Assembly: GCA_041730535.1 (NCBI GenBank)
Contig: JBGSBO010000001.1
Coordinates: forward strand, 19,843-83,842
Length of the DNA stretch: 64,000 bases
DNA from: Minisyncoccia bacterium
GTDB lineage: Bacteria > Campylobacterota > Campylobacteria > Campylobacterales > Arcobacteraceae
Direction: 5' to 3'
The translations under genes were made by a program, and so were the position numbers. Shown here piece by piece: positions 61,613-64,000 of this stretch (positions are counted from its first letter, which is position 1; the number at the start of each line of letters is the position of its first letter). A model generated the notes under the pieces. The model was not told the DNA's origin and ran no database searches. It saw only the letters and a program-made list of their open reading frames with translations.

Positions 61613-61861
61613 TTATTGTAAAAAATCTTCGACATTACAATCTAAAATATAAGCTAATTGATATAAATGTTTGAGATTAAAATGTTGTTTTTTAAGATAG
61701 AGTTCACTTTGTGAAACAAGTCCAACAGATTTATGACCTAATGCTTGTGAAAGTTGTAATTGAGTAAGTCCTCTTTCATTTCTTATCTTTTTAACATTAG
61801 AACCAATTATTTTATAAAAATCATCTATTTGACTTTCTTCTAAATCTTCAACTGTTTTCAA
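61613..61861 (-). CDS. XRE-family HTH protein; candidate R-M controller
   Basis: IGSNVKKIRNERGLTQLQLS HTH; divergent from mod. Confidence 0.8.
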   Translation of the reverse strand: MKTVEDLEESQIDDFYKIIGSNVKKIRNERGLTQLQLSQALGHKSVGLVSQSELYLKKQHFNLKHLYQLAYILDCNVEDFLQ

Positions 61862-61869
61862 ATTATACC

Positions 61870-61930
61870 TAGTAGTTACTATTTTTTAATTTTAATAAGA
61901 TATAATTTTTCTCTCAACTAGTAATTACTA
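61870..61930. promoter_or_regulatory. Two palindromic operators (TAGTAGTTACTA 61870-61881; TAGTAATTACTA 61919-61930) flanking a TATAAT at 61901-61906
   Basis: Seen directly in the 83-bp gap between the XRE gene and mod. Confidence 0.65.
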
Positions 61931-61944
61931 TGTAAGGAAAATAA

Positions 61945-63759
61945 TTGGATATTTTAAGCTTTAAACAACATATAGAAAATCTATTTAAAAATTCAGAAAA
62001 ATTTAGTGATAGTGATGGAAATTTAGATATCCCTAAAATTTTAGAATCCATAGAAAAAATAGATATTGAACTTATAAAGATTTTAAAAGATGATGAAAAA
62101 GCAAAAAAAGAGTTTTTTACTCAAATTGATGATATTTATGTCTTGAATCAAAACAAACTTATAGAGTTTTTTACTCTAAATGACTATATGAAAAACGGTT
62201 CATATACAGCCTATTCGAACAAAATAGGCTTAATAAGAAAAGACAATTTTATAAAAAAATTTGATGATATTGTTTTAGCATTTCCTCACAAAGATTGTGT
62301 TTTAGAAGGTGGGCAAACAAAAGATGATGACAAGAAAAAAGAGGTTTTTTATAATGAGATACTTTCAAGCGATGAGATTGATAGACTTTTTGAACCAAAA
62401 GTTCTTACAAATATTAAAAGATATTCTAAAAATGGTGTTAAAGAAAATTGTGAAATAAAAGAAAATGATAATTTGATAATCAAAGGGAATAATCTAATCG
62501 CACTTCATAGCTTAAAAAAGAAGTTTGCAGGATGTGTGAAGTTAATATATATTGACCCACCATATTACTTTAATGAAAAAAGAGATTCTGATACTTTTTC
62601 GTATAACTCAAATTTTAAATTATCAACTTGGCTTACATTTATGAAAAATAGACTTGAAATAGCAAAAGAATTTTTAAATGATGAAGGAGTGATTTTTGTT
62701 CATATTGGTGAAGATTCTCAAGCTTATATGGAAATACTTATGAATGAAATATTTCCAAATAATAGATTAGGAGTTGTTTCAAGAGTACAAAAAAAAGGTA
62801 GTGATAAAGGAACTTTTTTTAAACCAGCATTAGATTATATATTGTGTTATGCAAAAGACAAACAATATTTATCAGGCTTTAAAGTAGGAGTGGATGAAAG
62901 TAAATTTAAAAAAATAGAAATAGAGGGAAAAAGAAAAGGTGAAAAATATGAAGATAGTAAATCTTTATATCAATCATCACTAGACCCAATGAGAGGATGT
63001 GTAAATCAAAGATATTATGTTGAGTGTCCAGATGGAAGTTTAGTTATACCAAAAGGAAATATATTTCCAGATATTAAAAAAGATGGAAATAATATAACTC
63101 CGAAAACACAATTTGATGGTGTATGGAGATGGGGTGTTGATAGTTATTTAAAACAAAAAGATTTATTGGTTTTTAAAGAAACTCCTAATTCTCCTCTTAT
63201 TGATGAAAATGGCAATCAATCTAAATGGAATGTTTATACAAAACGATATTTAAAAGATGCCCAAGAAAAAGGAAATATTCCATCTAATTTGTTTGACAAT
63301 TTTACAAATTCTACAGCAACATCAACTTTAAGTAGTATGAATATAGATTTCTCATTTTCAAAACCAAAAGAACTTATAGAACATATAATTAAAATTATTC
63401 AAATTGAAGATAATGCTATTGTAATGGATTTTTTTGCAGGAAGTGGAACAACAGCTCATGCGGTTTTAGACATTAATAAAGATTTAAATAAAAATTTACG
63501 ATTTATTTTGATAGAACAAATGGATTATGTTGAAAATATAACTTGTGAAAGAGTAAAAAAAGTTATTAAAAAAAATGAACAAAATGATTTTGTCTATGCA
63601 GAACTAAAACAAATTGATACTTTTAAAGATGCTGAAATAGGAGCATTAAATAAAAATATGCAATATCTTCCAATAAGTGAAATAGAAGACGAAAGTTACA
63701 AAATTTCAAAAGAAGAAATAGCCATAAATAAAGCATTTTATGGAATAGAAAATGAGTAG
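61945..63759 (+). CDS. mod: Type III restriction-modification methyltransferase (Mod)
   Basis: IKGNNLIAL, IYIDPPY, KPKELI and DFFAGSGTTAHA (beta class); overlaps the res start. Confidence 0.9.
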   Translation: MDILSFKQHIENLFKNSEKFSDSDGNLDIPKILESIEKIDIELIKILKDDEKAKKEFFTQIDDIYVLNQNKLIEFFTLNDYMKNGSYTAYSNKIGLIRKDNFIKKFDDIVLAFPHKDCVLEGGQTKDDDKKKEVFYNEILSSDEIDRLFEPKVLTNIKRYSKNGVKENCEIKENDNLIIKGNNLIALHSLKKKFAGCVKLIYIDPPYYFNEKRDSDTFSYNSNFKLSTWLTFMKNRLEIAKEFLNDEGVIFVHIGEDSQAYMEILMNEIFPNNRLGVVSRVQKKGSDKGTFFKPALDYILCYAKDKQYLSGFKVGVDESKFKKIEIEGKRKGEKYEDSKSLYQSSLDPMRGCVNQRYYVECPDGSLVIPKGNIFPDIKKDGNNITPKTQFDGVWRWGVDSYLKQKDLLVFKETPNSPLIDENGNQSKWNVYTKRYLKDAQEKGNIPSNLFDNFTNSTATSTLSSMNIDFSFSKPKELIEHIIKIIQIEDNAIVMDFFAGSGTTAHAVLDINKDLNKNLRFILIEQMDYVENITCERVKKVIKKNEQNDFVYAELKQIDTFKDAEIGALNKNMQYLPISEIEDESYKISKEEIAINKAFYGIENE

Positions 63760-64000
63760 TTTACTTCATCAAGAAATAGAATCAAAAATTCAAGGCAGAA
63801 TAGAAGAGGGCAATTATATAGATATTCCTTTTTCGATTACTGAAAATATCAAACAACCTCTAAGAGATTATCAAAATAAAGCCTTAGAAAATTTTATATA
63901 TTTTATGCAGATTAATAAAAAATATCAAGCTTTAGAAAATAAACATCTTCTTTTTCATATGGCAACAGGAAGTGGAAAAACAAATATTATTGCTTCAACC
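63752..64000 (+). CDS. res: Type III restriction endonuclease/helicase subunit (Res), N-terminal part; runs off the window
   Basis: MSSLLHQEI...LRDYQNKAL...HLLFHMATGSGKT (Q-motif and Walker A); not in the ORF track because truncated. Confidence 0.85.
   Translation, partial: MSSLLHQEIESKIQGRIEEGNYIDIPFSITENIKQPLRDYQNKALENFIYFMQINKKYQALENKHLLFHMATGSGKTNIIAST

Noticed and set aside
1-64000. tRNA/rRNA genes, IS transposases or an integrase-type att site
   Set aside because: None recognisable by eye; the prophage junction lies within a protein-coding gene.

Overview
Very AT-rich bacterial DNA. The protein set and the TGnTA(T/A)AAT-type promoters point to Campylobacterota, most likely Arcobacteraceae (inference). 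Positions 1 to about 20702 are the right-hand part of a prophage. It contains a MuF-type head protein with a C-terminal extension, a P2-gpP-like terminase and a PBSX-type portal transcribed leftwards, then an XkdF-like protease, capsid, holin, a non-contractile tail module with a lambda-type GGGAAAG -1 frameshift, tape measure, fibre, a double SGNH esterase, a Dam-like methylase and an S24/CI-like regulator. The prophage ends abruptly in ...TTTTACA at 20702, inside a host sterol-desaturase-family gene. The end carries three ~21-bp sites (two tandem with a 22-bp period, one inverted), the layout of a Mu-type transposable end, although the virion genes are not Mu-like and no transposase lies in the window. 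Positions 20703-57820 are host genes: cytochrome c peroxidase, an MCP, a decayed and rearranged nitrate/nitrite assimilation region, a hipBA + HExxH islet, an RND efflux system, nhaA and zinc/metal uptake genes. In the nitrogen region nirBD and the FNT channel are intact, nasA and the nitrate ABC ATPase are 5'-truncated and joined back to back, and glnK/amtB survive only as relics. Positions 57871-64000 are a defence-type island: an MNT-HEPN pair, a repeat-punctuated array of domain-shuffled ORF6N/RhuM/PLD-like genes, an XRE controller-like gene with two palindromic operators, and a type III R-M mod-res pair. All calls come from reading motifs by eye; no database searches were run.
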